Position numbers and translations under genes: made by a program
Part shown: in pieces, positions 29,066 to 37,642 of the stretch
Numbering within the stretch: position 1 is the first letter of the stretch
Layout of the letters: every line of letters begins with the position of its first letter
Notes under the pieces: generated by a model
The model's input: only the letters and a program-made list of their open reading frames with translations
What the model was told of the DNA's origin: nothing
Databases searched by the model: none
Assembly (NCBI GenBank): GCA_963702475.1
Contig: CAVPCT010000002.1
Coordinates: 96,001-160,000 of the forward strand
Direction: 5' to 3'
Origin: an uncultured Thermoleophilia bacterium
GTDB taxonomy: Bacteria; Actinomycetota; Thermoleophilia; UBA2241
DNA: 64,000 nucleotides

Positions 29066-30523
29066 TCAGAAGCGGCCGGACTCGACCGCGGCGATGATGT
29101 CGTCGAGCTCGCGCCCGAGGTCTCCGGGGAGCTCGGGCGCAGGGGCGGCCATCAGGGCGTCGGCGACGGCCCGCGCCTTGTCCTCCAGGCGCGGGCTGCC
29201 GGCGTGCTGCCAGCCCTCGTAGGTCCCGGTCTCGCCCAGGCGAGCCTGCCACAGCTCGCGCACGTGGGCGCGTGTGTGCTTCTCGCTGAGATACGAGCCG
29301 TCGAACCCCATCTTCTTGATGAGGTCGACGGCCAGCTCCTCGCGCTCGACGGTCACGCCGCGCAGCAGGCGGGTGACCACGCCGAACACCTCGTCGGCGA
29401 TGACGAGCTCCTCCAGGCTCATCTGCTGGACGCTGTCGAGCAGGCCGGCGCCGAAGAGGAAGTCCGCGCCGGCCGCCATCTCGAGCACGAGGCCGAGGGT
29501 GTTCTCGTAGGCGGATTGGGCGTCCGGCTGTTTGGCCTTTGTCCCGCCCCAGCCGAGGCCGGCGGGGAGGCCCCAGGAGCGCGCCATCTGGGCTTGCACG
29601 GCGCGCAGCAGCAGGGCCTCCGGCACGTTGGCGAAGTAGGCGCCGGTGCGCATGTAGAGCGCCGTCGGGCCGCCGCCGTGGACGAGCCTGGCGCCGGGGC
29701 AGGCGAGCTGGATGGCGGTGACGGCGGCCAGGATCTCGGCCGCCCCCAGCACCGCCGTGCCCGCCGGCGTCACCGGCGCGGTCGCCCCCAGGATCGGCAT
29801 CGGGTACAGCATCATGGGGATGCCGGCCTCGCCGAGCTCGAACGCCAGTTCCATGCCGCACCGCTCCATGTGGAGCGGGCTCACGGTGCAGAGGATCACG
29901 GAGAAGGTCGGGCGGGCGTGGAGCTGCGCCTTCCCGCCCGCCACGGCTTCGGCCATGCGGATGAGCGGCCTGGCCTCCGTCGCGTCCTTGATGCTCACGA
30001 CGATGGAGTGCTTCGTCGAAGCGCGCATGCAGGCATCGAACTCGTGCAGCACGCGGCTCTCCTCCGGCGTGTCCTGGGCCGAGACGAGGGCCGACGTGGC
30101 CGACAGGTTGGGCAGGCCGTCCACCACGCGCGCGGCCCGGTAGACGTCGTCCTTGGTGCTCAGGCGCACCGAACCGTCGGCATCGCGGACCATGGTCGCG
30201 CAGCCGTCGGAGGTGAGGTAGACATGCTCGCCGTCGACCGGCAGGTCGAGAGCGGGCTCGCGGCCGCCCAGGGTGAAGCCGGGCGGCAGGGTGGCGAGCG
30301 CCTCTTCTACTGCACTCGCCGGGATGCGGGCCACTGTCGTGTTGCGGTCCACCGTGGCCCCGTGCTCCTCGAGCACGTCCAGCGCCCTGTCGTTGTGGAC
30401 CATGACGCCGGTCTCGGCGAGCACGCCGAGCGCGGCTTCGTGGATGCGCTCCACATCGGTGTCGGCGAGGATCTTGAGCGGTCGCCGCCGGCCGACGTAG
30501 CGCGCGTCGGCGTGCTTGGTCAT
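29066..30523 (-). CDS. MttB-superfamily methyltransferase, non-pyrrolysine, copy 2
   Basis: ERIHEAALGVLAETGV, GATAPVTPAG, AKQPDAQSAYE, GAGLLDS, LSEKHT; no in-frame TAG. Confidence 0.9.
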   Translation of the reverse strand: MTKHADARYVGRRRPLKILADTDVERIHEAALGVLAETGVMVHNDRALDVLEEHGATVDRNTTVARIPASAVEEALATLPPGFTLGGREPALDLPVDGEHVYLTSDGCATMVRDADGSVRLSTKDDVYRAARVVDGLPNLSATSALVSAQDTPEESRVLHEFDACMRASTKHSIVVSIKDATEARPLIRMAEAVAGGKAQLHARPTFSVILCTVSPLHMERCGMELAFELGEAGIPMMLYPMPILGATAPVTPAGTAVLGAAEILAAVTAIQLACPGARLVHGGGPTALYMRTGAYFANVPEALLLRAVQAQMARSWGLPAGLGWGGTKAKQPDAQSAYENTLGLVLEMAAGADFLFGAGLLDSVQQMSLEELVIADEVFGVVTRLLRGVTVEREELAVDLIKKMGFDGSYLSEKHTRAHVRELWQARLGETGTYEGWQHAGSPRLEDKARAVADALMAAPAPELPGDLGRELDDIIAAVESGRF

Positions 30524-31596
30524 GAGGTTCCTTTCGGGCCGCCGAGTCGTGCGTAGTCGACCTCCACGTACGGCGAGGTGACTGCGCGCACCAGGGCCTC
30601 GTAATCGACGGTGAAACGGACCTCGTCGCGGGGGTGCAGCGGCTCCGGCGTGATCAGGATGCAGACGTCGCTCGTCGCCCCGGCGAGCCAGGCGCCGGGG
30701 ATGAGCGGGCGCAGGCCGCCGGGCTCCATGTCGCGGCGGCCCAGGGCGACCATGCTGTACCAGGCGTCGTCATCGGGAAGCGAGACGTCCGGCACGTGGC
30801 CGAAGGCGTCGAGACCGCCGGGGCCCTCCGGCGCCGGCGGCTTGCGGAAGCACTCGAGCACTGAGGCGGTCAGCACGGGGTCCGTGCGGCTGAGCCCCGT
30901 GATGGCGCAGCCGCTCACGAAGTCGTACCCGTACATCGGGCCGCCGCCGCTGCGGACCTCCGTGGCGAAGCGTGGCTCGTAGCCGTCGAGACACTGGACG
31001 GCGCAGGTGCCGCCGAGGCTGAGGACCGGCTCGGCGGCGCAGTACGTCGCGCAGGCGGCGAGCACGTCCTCGGCCTGCCGGAACAGCTCCTGCGACGGCA
31101 GCTGGCCGGAGAGGCAGGCGAAGTTGACGCTGACGCCCGCGAGCCTGATGCCGGGCAGGGCGGCGAGCTGTGCGGCGACCGTCGGCGCGTCCTCGGGGAG
31201 GACGCCCTCGCGGCGGTCGCCGAGGTCCACCGTCAGCAGGACGCCGACGGGGGCGCCGGGGGCGTGCTCTCCGAGCACGCGGGCGGCGCTGGGGTCGCAG
31301 AGCAGGACGCGGTCGGCTGTGTGAGCCGCCGCCGCCAGCTCGTGGTGCTGGGGCGTGCGGATCAGCGTGCGCGGGCCGAGGCCGGCGCCGGCGAGCCGCC
31401 GCAGCGCCGGCAGGCGGCTGTCGGCCAGCCCGGCGCAGCCGCCGGTGAGCATGGTCTCGCCGACGAGCGGCTCGCCGTCCACGCATTTGGTGACGCCGAC
31501 GAGGACGATGCCGTGGCCGAGCAGCACGGCGGCGAGCCGCCGGGTGGCCTCGGCCACGGCGTCCAGGTCGATGGTGAGTCGTGGGCAGGCTCCCAT
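30520..31596 (-). CDS. Fold-type III PLP amino acid racemase (ornithine racemase/YhfX-like)
   Basis: PRLTIDL, VGVTKC (PLP Lys), LADSR, VDLGDRREG, NFAC, ALGRRD, GATSD; ATGA overlap with the downstream mttB. Confidence 0.85.
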   Translation of the reverse strand: MGACPRLTIDLDAVAEATRRLAAVLLGHGIVLVGVTKCVDGEPLVGETMLTGGCAGLADSRLPALRRLAGAGLGPRTLIRTPQHHELAAAAHTADRVLLCDPSAARVLGEHAPGAPVGVLLTVDLGDRREGVLPEDAPTVAAQLAALPGIRLAGVSVNFACLSGQLPSQELFRQAEDVLAACATYCAAEPVLSLGGTCAVQCLDGYEPRFATEVRSGGGPMYGYDFVSGCAITGLSRTDPVLTASVLECFRKPPAPEGPGGLDAFGHVPDVSLPDDDAWYSMVALGRRDMEPGGLRPLIPGAWLAGATSDVCILITPEPLHPRDEVRFTVDYEALVRAVTSPYVEVDYARLGGPKGTS

Positions 31597-31599
31597 GGG

Positions 31600-31915
31600 C
31601 TCAGCACCCGGCGGGCCGGCCCCGGGCCTCCGCCGGGAGGCCGTGAACGGAGAAGCGTGACAAGTCCCCACCTCGTGGTCGCGTGACTGATGACGCCGCT
31701 CCACGACGGCCGTGAGCCGGACGTCGTGGTGCGCGCGCGGTGCGACGCCGCGAGACCCGTGCCGGAACACGGACGGCGGCGGGAGGGACTTCTAAAAGTC
31801 GTGGAAGCGGCCGCCAGTGAACGCGGTGAGGCGACGGTCGTGGGGCTTGACGGCAAGCACTCGGGACACGGGTCTCCAAGCCTCGGCGGGTCGAAGCACG
31901 GCGAGTATACTTCGG
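31600..31915. other. Structured divergent intergenic region, candidate cis-regulatory RNA
   Basis: Perfect 10-bp inverted repeat 31752-31761/31867-31876 enclosing nested hairpins; further 8-bp and 7-bp stems; palindromic AGTATACT at 31904-31911. Confidence 0.4.
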
Positions 31916-31954
31916 CGGTCCGCGCCCGGACAAACGACGTGAGATGGGGGCGAC

Positions 31955-33361
31955 ATGGGGTTCTGTGATGACCACCTGACCCTGCGGGACGGCCGTCTGT
32001 ACCTCGACGGCGCCGACCTCGCGGCGCTCGCCGCGAGCCACGAGACCCCGTTCTTCGTGGTCTCGGAGCGGTGTCTGCGCGAGCGCGCGGCCGCCGTGGT
32101 CGCGGCGTTCGCCGCACGGCACCGGGACACCCGGGTCTTCTTCGCCAGCAAGGCCTGCTCCAACCTGTGGGTCCTCGGCGTGGTGCGCGACGCCGGCCTC
32201 GGCGTTGAGGTCAATTCGGGCGGCGAGCTGGAGAAGACGCTGCTCTCCGGCTTCACGCCGGACCGCATCATCTTCAACGGCGTGGCGAAGACGCGCGACG
32301 AGATCGTCCTCGCCGTACGGCGCGGCGTGCGCGCTCTGCTCGTGGACTCGCTCTGCGAGCTCGACCGCATCGGCGCGGTGGCCGCGGAGCTCGGCCGCGC
32401 GGCCACGGTGGCGCCGCGCATCGACGTGCACGTGCCGGCGCTCACGCACCCCGGTCTGGAGACGGCCTTCGGCGGCAAGGCGGGCATCGACCGCGACGAC
32501 GCCGTCGAGGCGTTCAGGCGCGCCGCCGCCGACCCGTGGCTGGACCCGGCCGGCCTGCACCTGCACATCGGCTCGCAGATCTCGAGCGTCGCGCCGTACG
32601 TCGAGGCGATGGCCACAACGCTCGACCTCGTCGACGAGGTCGAGCGCGCCGCCGGCCTGCACCTGCGGTTCCTCGACGCCGGCGGCGGGTTCGCGGTGCC
32701 GTACGACGAGCGGCCGCAACATCCGCCTGCACAGCCCGATCCGCCGCCCGGTGGGCCGCCTGCGGCCCACTACTTCGCCTGCGACCTCACGTTCGACGAC
32801 TACGCCGAGACGGTGTGCGGGCAGCTGCGCCGGCGCCGCCCCGACCTCGAGCTCTTCGTAGAGCCCGGACGGTCCATCGCGGCGCCGGCCGGCGTGCTGG
32901 TCACGCGCGTCGAGAGCGAGAAGACCAAGCGCGTACGTGACGCGCGCGGCCGCGTGACCGGTGAGGTGCGCTGGCTCACCGTCGACGCCGGCTTCAACAC
33001 GCTGCTCGAGCACACCAACTACGGGTGGTACTACCGCAGCCGGGTGGCCGGCCGGGCCGGCGAGGCGCACGATGCGCCCTTCCGGCTCGCCGGTCCGCTC
33101 TGCGACGGCGGCGACGTGTTCGCCGGCGACAACGGCACACCGTTCCGCCGCTTGCCGGCGTCCACGACGGTTGGGGACGCCGTCGTGTTCCGCGACACCG
33201 GCGCCTACACGCTGGAGATGATGAACGACTACAATGCACGGCCGCGGGCGGCCGCCTATGCGGTCACCGCCGCCGGCGAAGTGATCGAGATCCGGCGACG
33301 GGAGACCGTCGCCGACCTCGTGCGCGCGGACCGGAACCCCGAGCCCGGCCGAGGAGGCTGA
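31955..33361 (+). CDS. Fold-type III PLP decarboxylase (LysA family), most like D-ornithine/D-lysine decarboxylase DokD
   Basis: FFASKAC, VNSGGEL, FNGVAK, THPGLETAFGGKAG, HIGSQ, EPGR, EKTKRVRD...WLTVDAGF, AHDAPFRLAGPLCDGGD, GAY, YNARPR. Confidence 0.8.
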   Translation: MGFCDDHLTLRDGRLYLDGADLAALAASHETPFFVVSERCLRERAAAVVAAFAARHRDTRVFFASKACSNLWVLGVVRDAGLGVEVNSGGELEKTLLSGFTPDRIIFNGVAKTRDEIVLAVRRGVRALLVDSLCELDRIGAVAAELGRAATVAPRIDVHVPALTHPGLETAFGGKAGIDRDDAVEAFRRAAADPWLDPAGLHLHIGSQISSVAPYVEAMATTLDLVDEVERAAGLHLRFLDAGGGFAVPYDERPQHPPAQPDPPPGGPPAAHYFACDLTFDDYAETVCGQLRRRRPDLELFVEPGRSIAAPAGVLVTRVESEKTKRVRDARGRVTGEVRWLTVDAGFNTLLEHTNYGWYYRSRVAGRAGEAHDAPFRLAGPLCDGGDVFAGDNGTPFRRLPASTTVGDAVVFRDTGAYTLEMMNDYNARPRAAAYAVTAAGEVIEIRRRETVADLVRADRNPEPGRGG

Positions 33362-33401
33362 CTGCGGTGGACGCGCGGCGGAGCGGCACCGCCTTGCGGT
33401 T

Positions 33402-33435
33402 CGGCCGCGGCCCCGCCGGAGCGGGGCCGCGGCCG
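33402..33435. terminator. 15-bp perfect hairpin between convergent genes
   Basis: CGGCCGCGGCCCCGC-CGGA-GCGGGGCCGCGGCCG. Confidence 0.75.
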
Positions 33436-33473
33436 TACTTCGTGGGGACCCCGTCACGCGTCCCCGCGCTGCC

Positions 33474-34640
33474 TCACACGATCCACTGCGGCCGGACCCG
33501 GGCGAACATGTACTTCGTCGTGGAGTACCCGAGTTTCCAGAACACGTGGTAGTGGTCGGTGGTGTGCGCGTCGATGACCTTCTGCCCGGCGTTGTTGGTG
33601 CCGACGACCATGGCGACGTGGTCCCAGACGCCGTCACCGGACCAGTCGTAGTACACGGCGTCGCCCTTGCCGAGGTCGCTGATGCCGGGCACATAGTCCG
33701 TGCGCCTGCCGTTCCAGAACCCCATCTGCTTGCCCACGTTGATCCAGCTCAGGCTGTACTGGTCGTCCGAGGGTGACGACGTGCCCCTGTTGTCGTACCA
33801 CCAGCCGGTGGACCAGGCGGCCGGCGTCGTCGGCATGCCGCCGGCGCGCGCGCTCTGGGACACGAAGTTCGCGCAGTCCGCACCGAAGCGGACGACATTG
33901 GGGTTGTACGAGAGCGCGTAGCGGTCGGCGTAGGCTGCGGCGGCGGCGCGGTTGTACACGATGGTGTCCATGTAGGCGCGGCCACCGGTGCGGCCACTCT
34001 CGACACGGATGCGGGACTGGTCCCGGCGGATGCGTGCCCTGTCGGAGCGGGTGGAGTCGTCAGGCGGGGCCACCGAGCGCTCGAGCCTCCGCGCCACCTC
34101 GAGCGAGACGGCCGCGGGCGCTCCGGCGTCCTCGAGGTAGGCGGGGGCCATGACGTCGTTGTAGGCGTCGTCGGTGACCCGCCAGCCGCGCTGCTCGAGC
34201 GAGAGAGAGACGATGTGGTCGACGCCGTAGGCCTCCACGTCGGCCAGACTCTCGCGTGAATGCCACTGCACGGTGGTGATGACGTGTGCCGAGACGGTCG
34301 CCGAGGCGCCGTCGGGGGCCAGCGATACGCCGTCCACGGTCACCGCCGTCTGGACGGAGTCGATGAGATGCCCGAGCTTGCCGGCGTTCATCCCCATCCC
34401 GCGGGCGATGAGCCGCTCCCGAGCGGCGAGGCGGGAGCCGGGTGCGACCAGGAGCGCAAGAGGGGCGCCGGGGTCGGGGGCGGTGACGGCTGCGGCTCGG
34501 GCCTCGAGATAGGCTGTGGCGACCGCCTCGGGGCCGGCGTTCGTTGCGGGCGGCCTCGCCGCGGCGGAGCCTGTGGCGGCGACCGAGAGCGCCATGGAGG
34601 CTGCCGCCACCATGAGGAGGAACCGACGAGGGTGCTTCAT
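33474..34640 (-). CDS. Secreted Amidase_6-domain (NlpC/P60-like) putative peptidoglycan hydrolase
   Basis: Signal peptide; YNRAAAAAYADRYA, DCANFVSQ, GDAVYYDW, WDHVAMV, IDAHT. Confidence 0.85.
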   Translation of the reverse strand: MKHPRRFLLMVAAASMALSVAATGSAAARPPATNAGPEAVATAYLEARAAAVTAPDPGAPLALLVAPGSRLAARERLIARGMGMNAGKLGHLIDSVQTAVTVDGVSLAPDGASATVSAHVITTVQWHSRESLADVEAYGVDHIVSLSLEQRGWRVTDDAYNDVMAPAYLEDAGAPAAVSLEVARRLERSVAPPDDSTRSDRARIRRDQSRIRVESGRTGGRAYMDTIVYNRAAAAAYADRYALSYNPNVVRFGADCANFVSQSARAGGMPTTPAAWSTGWWYDNRGTSSPSDDQYSLSWINVGKQMGFWNGRRTDYVPGISDLGKGDAVYYDWSGDGVWDHVAMVVGTNNAGQKVIDAHTTDHYHVFWKLGYSTTKYMFARVRPQWIV

Positions 34641-35204
34641 TGTGACCCCTTTCGTTCTGATTGTGGACCCGCTGTGATGGTGTGGATGAGCCAGCCTCCG
34701 GCCGTCGTCCCGACCCTCCCCAAGGTGAAGAACAGCGTCGCTGCGCCCGGTGGCACCGGGCTCTCCGGACGTCCCGCCGCGCGCACGCGAGCGACCACGG
34801 TGACGGTCGCCGGGTCCGGCGCGGTGAGCACCCTGGCGGAGCGGAACGACAGCGCCCGCACGCTGCTGCAGCTGCGCCCGCGTCCAGACGCGCTGTGCGG
34901 CGAACAGACCCGCCGCCTCCCACAGGCGCCCGGCGTCCACGAGGTCGCAGAAGAGCTTGACGGTGCGTACCGCTTCGAGCCGTGCCTGCCCGTCGAGGTG
35001 CCAGGATGCCGCGGCAGCGGACTCCTCCGGGCTTGCGTACGGCGTTGCCGCCACACCGGGCAGGATCGCGGCGCCTGCCTGGGCCGGCGCGGCAGGCGCG
35101 GCCGGACTGGGGGCGTGGCGCCGCGCTCCGGGGACCGCGGCGAAGAGGCCGCCGAACGCTGCGGCGAGGACGATGAGGAAGATGACGAGGCGGCGGCTGA
35201 CCAT
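34637..35204 (-). CDS. Membrane-anchored or secreted hypothetical protein, frameshift near 34865
   Basis: MVSRRLVIFLIVLAAAFGGLFAA...; the second frame ends TLFFTLGRVGTTAGGWLIHTIT; ATGA overlap with the amidase gene. Confidence 0.55.
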
Positions 35205-35334
35205 GGACCCATGCTCGCCGCGTGCCCCCGTGAGCCTCAAGGATGACCCAGGCGATCCGTGGATGACGTTGAGCCGCCGTCGGCGGTGACGTTCCACCGG
35301 AGCCCGGCGATCAGGCGGCCTCCCGGCCCGCGCG

Positions 35335-35384
35335 TTGACACGGGGCCGGGACCTTCCGTAATCTTGACTGGATTTATCTAGTTT
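35335..35384 (+). promoter_or_regulatory. Sigma-70 promoter overlapping an Rrf2/IscR-type operator
   Basis: TTGACA-N18-TAATCT followed by AT-rich ATCTTGACTGGATTTATCTAGTTT, resembling IscR/CymR-type boxes. Confidence 0.65.
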
Positions 35385-35407
35385 CGACGCGGAGGAGCTC
35401 GCTGGTC

Positions 35408-35851
35408 GTGAACATCTCCATGAAGAGCAGGTACGCTGTCCGCGCCCTTACCGAGCTCGCGCGCCGCGAGGAGTCGCAGCCCGCCCGCCCGGTGCGGCTC
35501 GGCGAGATCGCCGACAGCCGCGACATGCCGCTGCAGTTCCTGGAGCAGGTGTTCGCGGCGCTCCGCAGGGCCGGTATCGTGCGCAGCCGGAGAGGCGCCG
35601 CCGGCGGATACGTGCTGGCGCGCCCGGCGGGTGAGATCAGCGTACTGGAGGTCGTGGCCGCGCTCGACGGTGTGCCTTCGCCGGCGGAGTGCACGCAGGG
35701 CAAGTGCGACCGGCTCGACACGTGTGGGGCGTCGTCGGTGTGGATCGAGGCGCAGGCCGCGCTGGAGGCCGTGCTGGGTGGCACCACGATCGGGGACCTT
35801 CTGGCGCGAGAGGACGCTCTGCGCGAGAGCGCGCCCATGTACTTCATCTGA
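35408..35851 (+). CDS. Rrf2-family regulator (IscR/CymR-like) with three Cys
   Basis: [43 protein letters not shown], ends MYFI. Confidence 0.9.
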   Translation: MNISMKSRYAVRALTELARREESQPARPVRLGEIADSRDMPLQFLEQVFAALRRAGIVRSRRGAAGGYVLARPAGEISVLEVVAALDGVPSPAECTQGKCDRLDTCGASSVWIEAQAALEAVLGGTTIGDLLAREDALRESAPMYFI

Positions 35852-35913
35852 CACGGCTTCTGACACGGCGAAGGGCGCGCCGCGGGCGCGCGGCGCCGGC
35901 GCGAGGAGACAGC

Positions 35914-36849
35914 ATGCATCGAGCAGCCAGCATCACCGACCTCATCGGGCGCACTCCGCTGCTGCGCCTCAACCGGCTCTCGGACGAGACCGGGGCGGAG
36001 ATCCTCGGCAAGCTCGAGTCGTTCAACCCGGGCGGGAGCGTCAAGGACCGCATCGGTCTGGCCATGATCGCGGCCGCCGAGCGTGACGGGCTCATCTCCC
36101 CGGGGCGCACCACCGTCATCGAGCCGACCAGCGGCAACACGGGCATCGCCCTCGCCATGGTCGCGGCCGCGCGCGGGTACGCCATGGTCCTCACGATGCC
36201 GGACACGATGAGCGCCGAGCGGTGCACCATCCTCAGGGCCTACGGGGCGCGTCTCGTGCTCACCCCCGGCTCCGAGGGCATGGCCGGCGCCGTGCAGCGG
36301 GCGCTCGACCTCGCCGCGGAGACGCCCGACTCCTTCGTGCCCCAGCAGTTCGAGAACGCGGCCAATCCCGAGGTGCACCGCCTCACAACGGCGGAGGAGA
36401 TCTGGACCGACACCGGAGGGGAGGTGGACGCCTTCGTGGCCGGTGTGGGCACCGGCGGCACCCTGACGGGCGTCGGTCAGGTCCTGCGCGAGAGGCGGCC
36501 GGGCGTGCACGTCGTGGCCGTCGAGCCTTCGGACTCCGCCATCTTGTCTGGTGGCCGTCCCGGCCCGCACCGCATCCAGGGCATCGGCGCCGGGTTCGTG
36601 CCGAAGGTGCTGGACGACGACGTGTACGACGAGATCGTGACCGTCTCCGGTGACGACGCCTTCGCGACGGCGCGCGAGCTTGCGCGCAGCGAAGGAGTGC
36701 TGGTGGGCATCTCGGCCGGCGCCAACGTGTGGGCCGCCGCCCGGGTCGCGCGACGACCGGAGATGCGGGAGAAGGTCATCGTCACCGTGCTCTGCGACAC
36801 CGGCGAGCGCTACCTCTCCACGCCGCTCTTCGCCGACGCGGGGGAGTGA
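35914..36849 (+). CDS. cysK: Cysteine synthase A
   Basis: [52 protein letters not shown]. Confidence 0.96.
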   Translation: MHRAASITDLIGRTPLLRLNRLSDETGAEILGKLESFNPGGSVKDRIGLAMIAAAERDGLISPGRTTVIEPTSGNTGIALAMVAAARGYAMVLTMPDTMSAERCTILRAYGARLVLTPGSEGMAGAVQRALDLAAETPDSFVPQQFENAANPEVHRLTTAEEIWTDTGGEVDAFVAGVGTGGTLTGVGQVLRERRPGVHVVAVEPSDSAILSGGRPGPHRIQGIGAGFVPKVLDDDVYDEIVTVSGDDAFATARELARSEGVLVGISAGANVWAAARVARRPEMREKVIVTVLCDTGERYLSTPLFADAGE

Positions 36850-36856
36850 GGCGAGT

Positions 36857-37642
36857 GTGCTGATCAGCGGCGGGGATCGGCTGCGGTACGACTGCCAGCT
36901 CGTCCTCAAGGACGTCGGCGAGCGCGGCCAGCAGAAGCTGCGTGACGCCGCTGTGCTCGTCGTCGGGGCCGGCGGCCTGGGGGCGCCGGTGCTGTACTAC
37001 CTCGCCGCCGCCGGCGTCGGCCGCCTGGGCGTGGTGGACGACGACGTGGTCGAGCTCAGCAACCTGCAGCGCCAGATCCTGTACACCACCGAGGACATCG
37101 GGCGCGGCAAGGCGGAGACGGCGGCCGCGCGCCTCAGGGCGCTCAATCCGGACGTGGCGGTCACCGCACACACGCAGCGCCTGCGGGCCGCCAACGTCAC
37201 TGACCTCGTGGGCGCGCACGACATCGTGGTCACGGCCGTGGACAATTTCCCGACCCGCTATCTCATCAACGACGCCTGCGTGCTGCAGAAGAAGACGCTC
37301 GTCGACGGAGCCGTGCTGCGCATGGTCGGCCTGGCGATGACGGTGAAGGGCGGAGAGACCGCCTGCTATCGGTGCCTCTTCCCGGAGCCGCCGCCGGCGG
37401 CTGCCGTGGTGAGCTGCTCCGAGGCCGGTGTGCTCGGCCCGATCCCCGGCACCATCGGCGCGATCCAGGCGCTCGAGGTCATCAAGGTGATCACCGGCGC
37501 CGGCAGGCCGCTGTACGACCGCCTCATCCAGTTCGACGGCGCCGCCATGACCTTCACCGAGGTCGAGGTGGCGCGCGCGCCTACGTGTCCCGTGTGCGGC
37601 GAGAGCCCCACCGTCACGGAGCCCATCGACTATGACGATTGA
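36857..37642 (+). CDS. MoeB/ThiF/HesA adenylyltransferase (no rhodanese domain)
   Basis: GQQKL, VGAGGLGAP, DDDVVELSNLQRQ, CYRC, SCSEAGVLG, CPVC. Confidence 0.92.
   Translation: MLISGGDRLRYDCQLVLKDVGERGQQKLRDAAVLVVGAGGLGAPVLYYLAAAGVGRLGVVDDDVVELSNLQRQILYTTEDIGRGKAETAAARLRALNPDVAVTAHTQRLRAANVTDLVGAHDIVVTAVDNFPTRYLINDACVLQKKTLVDGAVLRMVGLAMTVKGGETACYRCLFPEPPPAAAVVSCSEAGVLGPIPGTIGAIQALEVIKVITGAGRPLYDRLIQFDGAAMTFTEVEVARAPTCPVCGESPTVTEPIDYDD

Noticed and set aside
18980-30556. Very long antisense ORFs (e.g. 18980-22087 minus, 27407-30556 plus)
   Set aside because: These are shadow frames of real genes in high-GC DNA, with no motifs of their own.
31687-31693. CTGATGA hammerhead ribozyme core
   Set aside because: No GAAA after a stem II and no stem I/III arrangement.
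31842-31862. Minus-strand GAGTGCTTGCCGTCAAGCCCC resembles the 5' part of a SAM-IV riboswitch
   Set aside because: The downstream GGCAAC core and expected pairings are absent; kept only as part of the unassigned structured region.
31600-31954. Lysine riboswitch or T-box upstream of a lysA-like gene
   Set aside because: The conserved lysine-riboswitch and T-box (GGTGGNACCGCG) motifs were not found on either strand.
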